In this document: positions 17,905 through 27,654 of the stretch, piece after piece | Numbering within the stretch: position 1 is the first letter of the stretch | Layout: every line of letters starts with the position of its first letter | Origin: an uncultured bacterium | GTDB taxonomy: Bacteria > Patescibacteriota > Minisyncoccia > Phycocordibacterales > UBA6065 | Direction: 5' to 3' | DNA: 64,000 nt | Assembly (NCBI GenBank): GCA_966243015.1 | Contig: CBIMES010000002.1 | Location: 48,518 to 112,517, forward strand | Position numbers and translations under genes: made by a program | Notes under the pieces: generated by a model | Database searches by the model: none | Seen by the model: the letters and a program-made list of their open reading frames with translations, nothing else | What the model was told of the DNA's origin: nothing

Positions 17905-18028
17905 TATGGGGTCATCCGAATATTGTCCCTAGTGTGAACTAGGTGGGTGACCGCAGCGGCATGCCAGAGCATGAGGCAATATAGGTCTCCCTAAAAAAAT
18001 GTTATAGAGTTAATATTCGAATAACCCT
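17905..18028 (-). ncRNA. Probable 6S RNA (compact, about 125 nt)
   Basis: TATAAT at 18035..18040; closing stem GGGTTATTCGAATATT/AATATTCGGATGACCC, central bubble, GGGAGACC/GGTCACCC stem, CCTAG hairpin; terminator downstream at ~17872..17901. Confidence 0.55.
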
Positions 18029-18106
18029 GTAACCATTATAGACCTGCCCCCTTCCCGCGCAATTGGGGACATTCAGAGCGAAACAGAAAAAGAGAACGGT
18101 CTAATC

Positions 18107-18715
18107 CTATTCCAAAATACCGTCCAGGTTAGCGTCGTACAGGATTGCCTCCTGAACGTGTCGGTAATCCACGATTTCATCCGGTGAGAACCAGTGAGGG
18201 ATTTCCTGCTCCGCCTCGGCCACCGAGCCAGACGCGTGAACAAGGTTCCTGACCGAGCGGTCATCCTGGTGGCTCATTTCATACGAGTCGAGGACAAAAT
18301 CGCCGCGGATAGTTCCCACATCTGAGGTCAGCGGTTCTGTTCCCCCTGTAAGCTTACGCACAATGGCCACGGCATGGGCCCCCTCAAGGACCATAGCGAT
18401 GACAGGCCCGCTTGTAATGTACTTCTTGAGCTTGCGGAGAATGACGTTGGTGACGTCAATCGGATTGTCACCGTGAGGATGCTTGAGACCCCTGTCCGTA
18501 TAGGCCTTAATGGACTTCTCGCCCGTCTTCACGCGCCACTCTGGATCAAGCGTGTAGTGCTTCTCGACATGCTCCTCGGACACCACGAGCATTTTTATGG
18601 CGGCGATCTTAAGGCCAATGCGCTCGTAGCGCTGGATAATCTCCCCCACCAAGGTCCTCTGCACTCCGTCAGGCTTGATAACGACTAGCGTTCGCTCGTT
18701 CTTTGGGTGCTTCAT
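18107..18715 (-). CDS. ndk: Nucleoside-diphosphate kinase
   Basis: ERTLVVIKPDGVQR, GTIRGDF, NLVHASGS. Confidence 0.95.
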   Translation of the reverse strand: MKHPKNERTLVVIKPDGVQRTLVGEIIQRYERIGLKIAAIKMLVVSEEHVEKHYTLDPEWRVKTGEKSIKAYTDRGLKHPHGDNPIDVTNVILRKLKKYITSGPVIAMVLEGAHAVAIVRKLTGGTEPLTSDVGTIRGDFVLDSYEMSHQDDRSVRNLVHASGSVAEAEQEIPHWFSPDEIVDYRHVQEAILYDANLDGILE

Positions 18716-18727
18716 GATGGAATGTGA

Positions 18728-19504
18728 TTACAATTTAGTAAGTATCTGCGGACCCCGCTTGGTAATAGCGACCGTGTGCTCGAAATGGGCCGAAAGCGAG
18801 CCGTCAGCGGTTCGATATGTGTATCCGTCGCTTTTGTCGAGGCGCACCTTCGGCGAACCGACATTGATGATAGGCTCGATGGCAATAACCATGCCCGGCA
18901 CCAGAAGCTCTCCGTCACCCGGGTCGCCGTAGTTTGGCACATACGGATCCTCGTGGACGCTGTAACCAACGCCGTGACCCGCGAGTTCTTCAACGATGCC
19001 GAAGCCAAGGGGTCTTATGACCGCCTCGACGGCATGACCTATATGTCCCGTAGTATTGCCCGGCTTCGCCTCTTTGATGGCTGCCTCAAGGGCCTGCTTG
19101 GTCGCCTTCAAAAGAAGCTTGGCCTCCTTGCTCACCCTGCCCACCGGCACCGTGACCGCGCCATCGACAATCATACCCTTGTGCACGAGGCCGAGATCGA
19201 GCGAGACAATGTCGCCCTCCTTGAACACAATTTCCTTCTCATTCGGGATGCCGTGAACGACGGCATCGTTCACGGACACGATAAGGCTCGCCGGATACGG
19301 CCTCTTTGCGCCGTACGGCGTGTAGTTGAGAAAGGCCGCGGTATCACCACCCTCGGCGATGAGACGCGCCGCAAGATCATCAAGCGACTTCGCCGTAACT
19401 CCTGGCGCGACGGCGCGAGACACCTCCCTCAGAATGAAGGCGTGCCTCTTCCCTCCCTCGCGGAGAATCTTTATGTCTGCTGCTGTTTTAATCTGTACGG
19501 CCAT
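18728..19504 (-). CDS. map: Methionine aminopeptidase type I
   Basis: SVNDAVVHGIP, GHGVG..VHEDP, SAHFEHT. Confidence 0.96.
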   Translation of the reverse strand: MAVQIKTAADIKILREGGKRHAFILREVSRAVAPGVTAKSLDDLAARLIAEGGDTAAFLNYTPYGAKRPYPASLIVSVNDAVVHGIPNEKEIVFKEGDIVSLDLGLVHKGMIVDGAVTVPVGRVSKEAKLLLKATKQALEAAIKEAKPGNTTGHIGHAVEAVIRPLGFGIVEELAGHGVGYSVHEDPYVPNYGDPGDGELLVPGMVIAIEPIINVGSPKVRLDKSDGYTYRTADGSLSAHFEHTVAITKRGPQILTKL

Positions 19505-19522
19505 AGGTAAATGCGATGGGTG

Positions 19523-20122
19523 CTACCCCTGAATGCCCAGAACCTTGAGAATGTCCTTGTGCACGTTCTCGATGGTCTGGTCTCCGTCAATATTCACGAA
19601 ATTGTAATAGGGATTCGTCTCGAAGTAGTGAACGGCCTTCATGACGTCTGTCTCGAACCAGCGCAGACGCTCGGCGATCTTCTCCTCCTTGTCGTCGTGT
19701 CTGCCGCGCTTGAGCAAGCGGGTGGTAACTTCGGCGACAGGCACGTCGAGGAAGAGAATGGTCGGCTTCTCGCGACCGTAGAACTGAAGCGCGGAATCGA
19801 GGATCGGAGCCTCGTCAGGCCTTCGGGAGACGCCGTCAAACACGAGGTGCTCTGGGCCGGTAAACTCCTCGACAAGGAGGCTTGTCCAAGTCCAGATCGG
19901 GATAAAGGCGGGCATGAGGCCTCCCGCGCCCATAACCTCCCTGGTCCGCTGGGCAGAGTAGGTTCCGCTGTCGTTCACGAACCTCCTGAATCGATCGCCC
20001 GTCTCGACGTAGATAGTCTTAACGCCCGCGTCCAGGGTCTTCAGCTTCTCAATAAGAAGCGCGGCCTGTGTACCCTTGCCAGATCCCGACCTCCCGAAGA
20101 AGACGCATGTGATTGGTTTCAT
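19523..20122 (-). CDS. adk: Adenylate kinase (short LID)
   Basis: GRSGSGKGTQA P-loop, RGRHDD; lies between secY and map. Confidence 0.9.
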   Translation of the reverse strand: MKPITCVFFGRSGSGKGTQAALLIEKLKTLDAGVKTIYVETGDRFRRFVNDSGTYSAQRTREVMGAGGLMPAFIPIWTWTSLLVEEFTGPEHLVFDGVSRRPDEAPILDSALQFYGREKPTILFLDVPVAEVTTRLLKRGRHDDKEEKIAERLRWFETDVMKAVHYFETNPYYNFVNIDGDQTIENVHKDILKVLGIQG

Positions 20123-20183
20123 GGCATCAGTCTATCCTAACGGGCCCCAAAAGCAAAAGCCGCCCTTTCGGGCGGCCTTGCGA

Positions 20184-21455
20184 CTAGTATTCCCTCATCG
20201 ATACCTGCGCATCGAGTTTCTTCACGACGTCGAGTACCACTGAGACCACGATGAGAAGTCCGGTACCGCCGATGGCAAGGGTGGTGATACCCGTATAGCT
20301 TCGGAGGATGAGCGGAAGCACGGCGATGACACCGAGGAAGAGGGCTCCCACGAGAGTGATTCGAGTGACAATCTTCGAGAGGTGCTCTGCGGTCGACTGT
20401 CCCGGTCGAACGCCTGGGATAAAGGCGCCTGACTTCTGGAGGTTCTCAGAGATGGTCTGAGGGTCGAAGGTGACCGCCGTGTAGAAGTAGGTGAAGACGA
20501 AGACGAGGAGGAAGTAGGCGATGTTGTAGAGGAGGTGGTTGTTGATGAACGAGAGGCCCACGCTCGAGATGTTGGCAAGCACCGCGTTAGACGAGGTGGC
20601 AAGGAAGTTGAAGATCATCTGAGGGAAGAGGAGGATCGAGAGGGCGAAAATGATCGGAATCACACCGGCCTGGTTAAGACGAAGCGGAAGGTAGGTCGAG
20701 GTTCCGCCATAGACCCTCGCCCCCCTCACCTGCTTTGCGTAAGTGACTGGAATCGATCGCTCTGCCTCGGTCACGAAGATAACGGCGTAGATAACGGCAA
20801 GAGCGAGAACGCCGAGACCGATATACATAGGGAGCATCGAAGGATCGTACGCCGCGAACGCGCCGACGAGGTGCTGAGGAAACGCCGCGACGATACCGGC
20901 AAAGATAATAAGAGAGGTTCCGTTGCCGAGGCCGAACTCAGTGATGAGCTCGCCGAGCCACATGAGGAACATGGAGCCAGCGGCTATGACGAGGACGTTG
21001 AGAATGAGTCCAAAGGCGCTGAGGTCGGGGATAATCGCCTGTCGCTGGAGAATTACGATAAAGCTGAACGCCTGGATGAGGGCAAGAGGAAGGGCGATGC
21101 GCCTTGAGTACTGGGCAAATCGAACGCGACCCGCCTCACCCTCCTCTTGGTAGAGAGCCTTGAGGCGAGGAGACATTATAGTGAGAAGCTGCATGATGAT
21201 CGACGCCGTGATGTACGGACCGACTCCGAGCATGACAATCGAGAGATTCGAAAGACCGCCTCCCGAGAAGAGGTTAAGAAGGCCGAAGAACTGGCTGTTC
21301 TCGAAGAGAGACGCCAGTCGAACGGTGTCGATTCCCGGAATAGGAATCGCCGTGAGAAGCCTGAAGGCTACGAGGATGAACGCAACGAAGAGGATTCTCT
21401 TTCTAAGGCCCTTGTCTCTGAAAACGTGAGAAATCTTGTCTATGAATGCATTCAT
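20184..21455 (-). CDS. secY: Preprotein translocase SecY
   Basis: LGVGPYITASII, GLGNGTSLIIFAGI, IPGVRPG. Confidence 0.97.
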   Translation of the reverse strand: MNAFIDKISHVFRDKGLRKRILFVAFILVAFRLLTAIPIPGIDTVRLASLFENSQFFGLLNLFSGGGLSNLSIVMLGVGPYITASIIMQLLTIMSPRLKALYQEEGEAGRVRFAQYSRRIALPLALIQAFSFIVILQRQAIIPDLSAFGLILNVLVIAAGSMFLMWLGELITEFGLGNGTSLIIFAGIVAAFPQHLVGAFAAYDPSMLPMYIGLGVLALAVIYAVIFVTEAERSIPVTYAKQVRGARVYGGTSTYLPLRLNQAGVIPIIFALSILLFPQMIFNFLATSSNAVLANISSVGLSFINNHLLYNIAYFLLVFVFTYFYTAVTFDPQTISENLQKSGAFIPGVRPGQSTAEHLSKIVTRITLVGALFLGVIAVLPLILRSYTGITTLAIGGTGLLIVVSVVLDVVKKLDAQVSMREY

Positions 21456-21473
21456 GGTTGTTCTGTAGTGTGT

Positions 21474-21908
21474 TTAAGCGTGAACCGTACCGCCCGCCTT
21501 CTCGAATACTGCCTTTGCCGATGCTGAGATCTCTACGCCTGAGACGATGAGCTTCTTGGTGATTTCGCCGCTCGTGAGAATCTTGATTCGAGGGTAGTTT
21601 CCGTCGATCTTTGAGATGATTCCCTTTGAGGCGAGAGTCCTTGGCTCCACTCGATCCCCTGCCTTGAAGTTCTTCTCGATGGCGCTCAGGGTGACGGTTA
21701 CTGGCTTTGCCACGATTGACTTGAAGGCGTATCCGCGGAGCTTAGGGAGTCGCTTGATGAAGTCTCGGAGCTCCGGTCGCTTCTTGGCGCCGGCTCGAGA
21801 GTCCTGACCCTTCTGGCCGCGTCCCGAGGTCTTGCCGCGCTTTCCGCCTCGGCCAATCTGGGCCATCTTCATATTAGGGGTCTTTCGCTTGATGTTGTGA
21901 AGCTGCAT
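21474..21908 (-). CDS. rplO: 50S ribosomal protein L15
   Basis: GRGGKRGKTSGRGQKGQ, KRLPKLRG. Confidence 0.95.
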   Translation of the reverse strand: MQLHNIKRKTPNMKMAQIGRGGKRGKTSGRGQKGQDSRAGAKKRPELRDFIKRLPKLRGYAFKSIVAKPVTVTLSAIEKNFKAGDRVEPRTLASKGIISKIDGNYPRIKILTSGEITKKLIVSGVEISASAKAVFEKAGGTVHA

Positions 21909-21922
21909 GGTGATTGTGTTAA

Positions 21923-22531
21923 TTACGCCTTCTTCGAAGAAGCAGGTCGAGAGAGCTTGAGGCCCTGGAGTGCCGCGATAGTGGCGCGAGCGATGTTGAG
22001 CTTGTTCTTTGAAGGAGAGACAACCTTCGCCGCAACGTTGCTGATGCCTGCGAGCTCGAGAACGGTTCGAGCGGACGAACCAGCGACGAGGCCGCGGTCC
22101 TTCACAGGTCGAATCGAGACGCGAGCCGAAGCGTACTTCTCGAATACCTCGTGAGGGATAGACATGTCCTTGGTGACGTTCACCTTGACCATGTTCTTCT
22201 TTGCGTCACGGAACGCCTTGTCGATGGCGAGAGCGGTGTCTCCGGCCTTGCCGAGACCAACGCCGACCATTCCCTTCCTGTTACCCGCAACCATGGCGAC
22301 AGAGAACGCGAAGCGTCGTCCGCCAGACACGGTTCGAGACACGCGTCGGATGTTGAGCATAGTGCTGTCGTACTCAGGCTTTGCGCGAGGGGCGCGAGAG
22401 TCAGGTCGTCGTGGACCCGGTCGGCGAGGGCCGCCCTGGAATGAGCCTCGAGGACCGCGAGGAGCGATTCCCTGAGCTGCTGCAGGTGCAGCGGTCGTAG
22501 CCTTATTCTCTGTTGTGTTTTCTGGATTCAT
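21923..22531 (-). CDS. rpsE: 30S ribosomal protein S5 (N-terminal extension)
   Basis: RVSRTVSGGRRFAF, GVGLGKA. Confidence 0.95.
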   Translation of the reverse strand: MNPENTTENKATTAAPAAAQGIAPRGPRGSFQGGPRRPGPRRPDSRAPRAKPEYDSTMLNIRRVSRTVSGGRRFAFSVAMVAGNRKGMVGVGLGKAGDTALAIDKAFRDAKKNMVKVNVTKDMSIPHEVFEKYASARVSIRPVKDRGLVAGSSARTVLELAGISNVAAKVVSPSKNKLNIARATIAALQGLKLSRPASSKKA

Positions 22532-22536
22532 ACGTA

Positions 22537-22887
22537 TTAGAATTTAAGTCCGCCCTCTCGTGCGCCGTCGGCGAGTGCCTTGACGCGACCCTTATATCCG
22601 AAACCGCCTCGGTCAAAGACGACGGCCTCAACCTTGAGAGCCACAGCCTTCTTTGCGAGCTCCTTTCCTACCGAGAAGGCAACATCAACCTTCTTGCCCT
22701 TGGTCGTCTCGAGAGACGACGCCGAGGCGAGCGTCTTCGCAGCCTCATCGTCGATGAGCTGAGCGTAGACGTATCGGTTCGATCGGAATACGGCGAGACG
22801 AGGAAGCTCCTTCGTGCCGAAAATCCTCGAGCGGATCTTCGCGTGCCTTCGTACCCTCTTCTGCTTTTTGATGTTTGGATTTGCCAT
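22537..22887 (-). CDS. rplR: 50S ribosomal protein L18
   Basis: PRLAVFRSN, VFDRGGFGYKGRV. Confidence 0.96.
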   Translation of the reverse strand: MANPNIKKQKRVRRHAKIRSRIFGTKELPRLAVFRSNRYVYAQLIDDEAAKTLASASSLETTKGKKVDVAFSVGKELAKKAVALKVEAVVFDRGGFGYKGRVKALADGAREGGLKF

Positions 22888-22912
22888 AAATGTGTTCTAT
22901 GCGTAGATGTTA

Positions 22913-23440
22913 TTACGCTGCCTTCTTACCCTGCTTTCGGCGGATAACCTCGGTCTCGTATCGGATTCCCTTACCCTTGTACGGCTCAGGCTTCTTGAGA
23001 GATCGGACCTTCGCCGCGAAGCTGCCGACGAGCTCGCTGTCGATTCCGGTGACGGTGATGAGGTTCTTGTCCGCGGTAACCTTGAGGCCGGCTGGTATAG
23101 CCACGCTTACCGGATGAGAGAAGCCGAGGGAGAGAGCGAGCTCGGTTCCCTTTACGTCAGACTTGAAGCCGATTCCCTCGACGATGAGCTTCTTGGTGAA
23201 TCCCTTAGTCACGCCCTCGATCATGTTCTTGATGTGAGATGCGTAGGTTCCCGTGAGCATGTAGTCCTCGTTTCGCTTGAGGGCCACGGTTACAGCGCCG
23301 TTCTCGGCCTTGATCTCGATGCCCGGCTTGAAATCGCGAGCGATCTCGCCCAAAGGTCCCTTGACCGCTACGGTAAGACCATTGACCTTTACCTCGGTCT
23401 TCTCAGGGATAACGATTGGTTTTTTTGCTACTCGTGACAT
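22913..23440 (-). CDS. rplF: 50S ribosomal protein L6
   Basis: LGFSHP, PEPYKGKGIRY. Confidence 0.96.
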   Translation of the reverse strand: MSRVAKKPIVIPEKTEVKVNGLTVAVKGPLGEIARDFKPGIEIKAENGAVTVALKRNEDYMLTGTYASHIKNMIEGVTKGFTKKLIVEGIGFKSDVKGTELALSLGFSHPVSVAIPAGLKVTADKNLITVTGIDSELVGSFAAKVRSLKKPEPYKGKGIRYETEVIRRKQGKKAA

Positions 23441-23461
23441 GGGATTTTTAATAATATGAAA

Positions 23462-23854
23462 TTACCAGATGTTGAAGAGAACCTCTCCGCCGACCTTCTC
23501 CTTTCGAGCCTCGTCATCGCTGAGGATGCCCTTTGAGGTTGAGTAGAAGGTTGAGCCGTGGCCCTGCTTGATGCCGAAGATCTCTGCGTATCCCTTGTAG
23601 ACGCGCTTTGAAGGCTTCGATACGCGAACGGCGTCGCTGATGCGAGGGGTTCCGTCTGGGTTGTAGATGAGTCCGATCTCGAGGAGCTTCTGGACCTTCT
23701 TTCCCTTCTTGACGCCCGGCTTCACGTATCCCTTGCGAGCAAGAGCCTCGGCGACGTCAGCGACGAAGTTCGAGAGCGGAACGACTACGACGTCCTTCTT
23801 GACGGCGCTTCCGTTCTTGAGCTGGGTTACGAGGTTTGAAATTGAATCTCTCAT
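23462..23854 (-). CDS. rpsH: 30S ribosomal protein S8
   Basis: RVSKPSKRVY, STSKGIL...VGGEVL. Confidence 0.95.
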   Translation of the reverse strand: MRDSISNLVTQLKNGSAVKKDVVVVPLSNFVADVAEALARKGYVKPGVKKGKKVQKLLEIGLIYNPDGTPRISDAVRVSKPSKRVYKGYAEIFGIKQGHGSTFYSTSKGILSDDEARKEKVGGEVLFNIW

Positions 23855-23877
23855 GGGATGTGTGAATGGGTATCTAA

Positions 23878-24063
23878 TTACCAAGATGACTTCTTGATGC
23901 CTGGGATGAGGCCGTCGTTAGCGAGCTCACGGAAGCAGATTCGGCAGACGCCGAAGTCTCGCATGAATCCGTTCTTTCGTCCGCAGCGGAAACATCGCCT
24001 CACGACTCGAGTCGAGAACTTTGGTTTCTTCTGTGATCGCGCTATGACTGATGTTTTCGCCAT
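23878..24063 (-). CDS. rpsZ: 30S ribosomal protein S14 type Z (zinc-binding)
   Basis: CFRC...CRICFRELA, 61 aa. Confidence 0.95.
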   Translation of the reverse strand: MAKTSVIARSQKKPKFSTRVVRRCFRCGRKNGFMRDFGVCRICFRELANDGLIPGIKKSSW

Positions 24064-24109
24064 TTGAATTTTTTAGATAAAGAAAAAAGCTCTGTTGAAG
24101 CTTTCCGCC

Positions 24110-24138
24110 ATACTATCATCATGATCCTGCTTAGTCAA
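24110..24138 (-). promoter_or_regulatory. Internal sigma70 promoter upstream of S14, embedded in an inverted repeat
   Basis: TTGACT-N17-TAGTAT; flanked by CTTTCCGCCA (24101..24110) and TGGCGGAAAG (24149..24158). Confidence 0.65.
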
Positions 24139-24167
24139 CGATGATATTTGGCGGAAAGACCGTTAAT

Positions 24168-24704
24168 TTAATCCTTTTTAATCGGGAAACCGAGAAGCTG
24201 GAGGAATCGCTTGGTCTCGGCCTTGTTCTTAATGTTAGTGCAAATCGTCACGCCGAGGCCGAAGACGTCCTTGAGCTCCTCCTCGGAAGCCTCAGGGAAG
24301 ATCGAGTGCTCGCGGATACCGAGGGTGTAGTTACCCATGTTATCGACGGAAGTCGACGGGAGGCCTCGGAAGTCCTTGGTTCGAGGGAGGGCGATGTGAA
24401 CGAGTTTCTCGAAGAAGTTCCACATCTTGTCGCCTCGGAGGGTAATCTGGTAACCCATTGGGTCGCCCTCTCGGGACTTATAAGAAGCAATTGACTTCTT
24501 GGCGCCGCGGAGCACCGGCTTCTGGCCGGTGATCTTGGCGAGGCGGTCAGCCGCAAGCTCAACCTTCTTCTTGTCCTTGAATGAGCCCACGCCGGCAGAG
24601 ACCACGATCTTGAGGATGCGAGGCGCCTGCATGACGTTGGTGTATCCGAACTCTGACTTCAGAGCCGCGAATGCATCATTCTGCTTTGCTTTAAGGGTTT
24701 TCAT
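24168..24704 (-). CDS. rplE: 50S ribosomal protein L5
   Basis: ITGQKP, LPRTKDFRG, GNYTLGI. Confidence 0.96.
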   Translation of the reverse strand: MKTLKAKQNDAFAALKSEFGYTNVMQAPRILKIVVSAGVGSFKDKKKVELAADRLAKITGQKPVLRGAKKSIASYKSREGDPMGYQITLRGDKMWNFFEKLVHIALPRTKDFRGLPSTSVDNMGNYTLGIREHSIFPEASEEELKDVFGLGVTICTNIKNKAETKRFLQLLGFPIKKD

Positions 24705-24710
24705 GGTGTT

Positions 24711-24935
24711 TTATTTCTTGCTTGCGAGCTTAACGTTCGATACGTCGAGTGGCATCTCCTTCTCTACGATCTGTCCCTTCTGGTTCGATCGGGTTGCGCG
24801 GAGGTGCTTCTTGACCTTGTTGACGCCTGAGACGACAACCTTGCCGAGCTTAGGGAGAGAGCGAACGACCTCGCCGGTCACGCCCTTGTCCTTGCCTGCG
24901 AGTACTATGACTTTGTCTCCTTTCTTTACGTGCAT
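24711..24935 (-). CDS. rplX: 50S ribosomal protein L24 (short, 74 aa)
   Basis: KOW motif KKGDKVIVLAGKDKG; EMPLDVSNV. Confidence 0.93.
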   Translation of the reverse strand: MHVKKGDKVIVLAGKDKGVTGEVVRSLPKLGKVVVSGVNKVKKHLRATRSNQKGQIVEKEMPLDVSNVKLASKK

Positions 24936-24958
24936 GGTAGTAATGTTAGTTATGCGTA

Positions 24959-25330
24959 TTAGACGATCTCAGGGGCTCGCGAAGCGATGGTCTTGAAACC
25001 CTTCTCGAGGACCTCTCGCGGAATAGGGCCGAAAACTCGACCTGCGAGAGGCTCCTTCTTCCCCTTCTCGAGAACGACGACTGCGTTCTCGTCGAAGCGG
25101 ATGTACGATCCGTCCTTTCGTCGGGTCGCGTTGACCGATCGGACGACGACGGCGTGGAGCACGTCCTTCTTCTTTACTGACTTTCGAGGCTCGGCCTTCT
25201 GGACAGAGAGCACTACGATGTCCCCCACCATTGCGTATCGCTTGGCGGCAGAGCCGAGCACCTTGAAGATGCGGCCGACCTTGGCACCTGAGTTGTCCGC
25301 GATATTTACGATTGAGCGTGGCTGTATCAT
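24959..25330 (-). CDS. rplN: 50S ribosomal protein L14
   Basis: ADNSGAK, IRFDENA, RVFGPI. Confidence 0.96.
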   Translation of the reverse strand: MIQPRSIVNIADNSGAKVGRIFKVLGSAAKRYAMVGDIVVLSVQKAEPRKSVKKKDVLHAVVVRSVNATRRKDGSYIRFDENAVVVLEKGKKEPLAGRVFGPIPREVLEKGFKTIASRAPEIV

Positions 25331-25340
25331 GGTAGTTGTG

Positions 25341-25622
25341 TTATGCGGTTACGACCTTGAAGTGCTTGTCCTTCGAGATAGGTGCGCACTCGACGATGGT
25401 GACGGTCTCACCCTCCTTTCGGGTGTTGCCCGCGTCATGCGCCTTGAACTTCTTTGACACCTTCATGTATCGCTCGTACTTAGGGACCTTCACGAATCGG
25501 TCAACCTTTACGACGACCGTGTCCTTCATCTTGGTCGAGACGACGACGCCGGTGAGCTCTCGGGCCTTTGATGGGGCCTTGGTCTCGGCGACTGCTGCTT
25601 TTGTGGTTTTCTTTGTAAACAT
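25341..25622 (-). CDS. rpsQ: 30S ribosomal protein S17
   Basis: GVVVSTKMKDTVVV, KFKAHD, PISKDK. Confidence 0.95.
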   Translation of the reverse strand: MFTKKTTKAAVAETKAPSKARELTGVVVSTKMKDTVVVKVDRFVKVPKYERYMKVSKKFKAHDAGNTRKEGETVTIVECAPISKDKHFKVVTA

Positions 25623-25635
25623 ATAAGTAGTGGTA

Positions 25636-26064
25636 TTACGCGGTGAGCTCTCGTGAGATTACGACAGACTTTACCGGGAGCTTGGTTCCCGCCTTTCGGA
25701 AGGCCTCGCGCGCGACCGCCTCGGTAACGCCGTCAACCTCGAAGAGGACGCGACCCGGCTTAACAGGAGCGCAGTAGCCCTCGAGATCACCCTTACCCTT
25801 TCCGAGCTTAACCTCGGCAGGCTTCTTGGTGTATGGCATGTCCGGGAAGATGCGGATCCAGATCTTTCCGTTCTTTCCGATCTCTCGGGAGAGAACCTTT
25901 CGGGCAGACTCAATCTGCTGCGAGGTGATGCGGTACGCAGAGAGGGCTTTGATGCCGTATGAACCGAACGAGAGGGTCGTTCCGCGAGTCTCAAATCCCA
26001 TCTTCTTGGGATTCTTTCGCATCACGTGCCACTTTCGGTACTTAACTTTTTTTGGAAGCAACAT
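25636..26064 (-). CDS. rplP: 50S ribosomal protein L16
   Basis: MLLPKKVKYRK, WIRIFPD, GKGKG. Confidence 0.96.
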   Translation of the reverse strand: MLLPKKVKYRKWHVMRKNPKKMGFETRGTTLSFGSYGIKALSAYRITSQQIESARKVLSREIGKNGKIWIRIFPDMPYTKKPAEVKLGKGKGDLEGYCAPVKPGRVLFEVDGVTEAVAREAFRKAGTKLPVKSVVISRELTA

Positions 26065-26076
26065 ACAGGTGTTTTA

Positions 26077-26748
26077 TTAATTCTTTGACTTATTGAATAC
26101 CTCGCCCTTGTAGATCCAGACCTTGATGCCGATGTCACCATAGGTCATGTGGGCCTTCTCTCGAGCGTAGTCGATATCTGCTCGAAGGGTCTGAAGAGGG
26201 ATCTGGCCCTTCTTCATGTCCTCGACGCGGGCCATCTCGGCGCCGCCGAGTCGTCCGCCAAGGCAGATTCGAACTCCCTTCACGTCGCGGTTAGCCATGA
26301 CCTTCTCGATCATCTGCTTCATGACGCGTCGGAATGGGAGGCGCTTCTCGAGACCCTCGGCAACCATGTCAGCGACGATGGCAGCGTCAGACTCAGGAGA
26401 TCGAACCTCCTCGATGTCGATCTTGAGCTCCTGATTCTTGGCGAGCTTTGAACCGGTCTTGTTGAGGAACGCGAGAACATCCGCGCGGAGCTTCTGAGCA
26501 CCCTCACCCTGTCGGCCAATGATGATGCCTGGTCGAGAGGTCTTGATGATAAGGCGCATAGCCTTCTCGCTTCGCTCGATCTGCACGTCGCTTACGTAAG
26601 CGCCGCGGAATCGCTTGTCGAGGAACTCGCGGAGAAGAACGTCGGCCTTGAGGAAGGCCTGGTACTTGCCGTTCGGGGCGAACCACCTGGACTTCCAGTC
26701 CCTGATGATGCCGAGTCGGTGAGAATATGGGTGTACGGTGTGTGACAT
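26077..26748 (-). CDS. rpsC: 30S ribosomal protein S3
   Basis: RPGIIIG, GRLGGAEMAR, PLQTLRADIDY. Confidence 0.96.
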   Translation of the reverse strand: MSHTVHPYSHRLGIIRDWKSRWFAPNGKYQAFLKADVLLREFLDKRFRGAYVSDVQIERSEKAMRLIIKTSRPGIIIGRQGEGAQKLRADVLAFLNKTGSKLAKNQELKIDIEEVRSPESDAAIVADMVAEGLEKRLPFRRVMKQMIEKVMANRDVKGVRICLGGRLGGAEMARVEDMKKGQIPLQTLRADIDYAREKAHMTYGDIGIKVWIYKGEVFNKSKN

Positions 26749-26753
26749 ATGGT

Positions 26754-27134
26754 TTACTTGGTTGCAGCTACCTTCTTAGTCTTGGCCGGCGCCTTGATCG
26801 CCTTGGTTGCCTTTGGGGCAAGGACAAGGTGAACGTGGCTCGTCTTCTTCTTGATCGGGAAAGCCGTTCCTCGAGCGCCTGGCATGTGTCGCTTCATGGT
26901 AAGGCCGAGGTCTACGCGGCACTCCTTAACGACGAGGCCCTCAAGTGGGATGTTGAGGTTTTTTGCGTTTGCGACAGCTGAGGCAAGGAGCTTCGCGAGA
27001 GGGTCGGAAGCGCGCTTAGTGGTCACGCCAAGCATGTCCATGGCGGCGGTGACTGACTTGCCCTTGATGAGGTTCGCGACGAGGCGGACCTTTCGTGGGG
27101 ACTGTCGATAGTTTGTGAGGGATGCGGTTACCAT
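26754..27134 (-). CDS. rplV: 50S ribosomal protein L22 (Lys/Ala-rich tail)
   Basis: SPRKVRLVANLIKG, SAVANA, KKTSH. Confidence 0.95.
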   Translation of the reverse strand: MVTASLTNYRQSPRKVRLVANLIKGKSVTAAMDMLGVTTKRASDPLAKLLASAVANAKNLNIPLEGLVVKECRVDLGLTMKRHMPGARGTAFPIKKKTSHVHLVLAPKATKAIKAPAKTKKVAATK

Positions 27135-27158
27135 AACGTTTTAGTTATAAGAAGACGA

Positions 27159-27500
27159 TTATTTCTTGTCGGTGGCAGCACCCTTGGCGGCCTGGGCAGC
27201 GGCGATCTCACCCTCCTTTTTCTTCTGCTCGAGGTCCTTCTGCATCTTACCGCCGTGCTTGTTGAACTTGCGGGTCAAAGAAAATTCGCCGAGTCGGTGG
27301 CCCACCATGTCCTCTGCCACCAGTACCTCGACGAAGTCCTTACCGTTATGAACGCCAAACTTGAAGCCCACCATCTCCGGGGAGATGACGCAGGCTCGTG
27401 ACCAAGTCTTAATAACCCCAGTCTCCTGTGGTTTCTTGCCGGCGATCTTGCTCAGAACTCGCTCGTCAACGTATGGGCCTTTTGAAAGTGATCGTGTCAT
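27159..27500 (-). CDS. rpsS: 30S ribosomal protein S19 (C-terminal extension)
   Basis: [27 protein letters not shown]. Confidence 0.96.
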   Translation of the reverse strand: MTRSLSKGPYVDERVLSKIAGKKPQETGVIKTWSRACVISPEMVGFKFGVHNGKDFVEVLVAEDMVGHRLGEFSLTRKFNKHGGKMQKDLEQKKKEGEIAAAQAAKGAATDKK

Positions 27501-27625
27501 GTATAGACGATAAATTACAGCTCGGGCGTTTGGACTATAGTCGCTAACACGACTTATTAAATGAAAAAACTAGGCTTAAACCTAGATTCCTTTACTTAGT
27601 GTCCATTCCGAAGCTAGTAAGGGCT

Positions 27626-27653
27626 ATCCTAGCAGAAAACAAAACTAAGTCAA
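27626..27653 (-). promoter_or_regulatory. Sigma70 promoter for the rpsS-secY transcript
   Basis: TTGACT-N16-TAGGAT with extended TG. Confidence 0.65.
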
Positions 27654-27654
27654 T

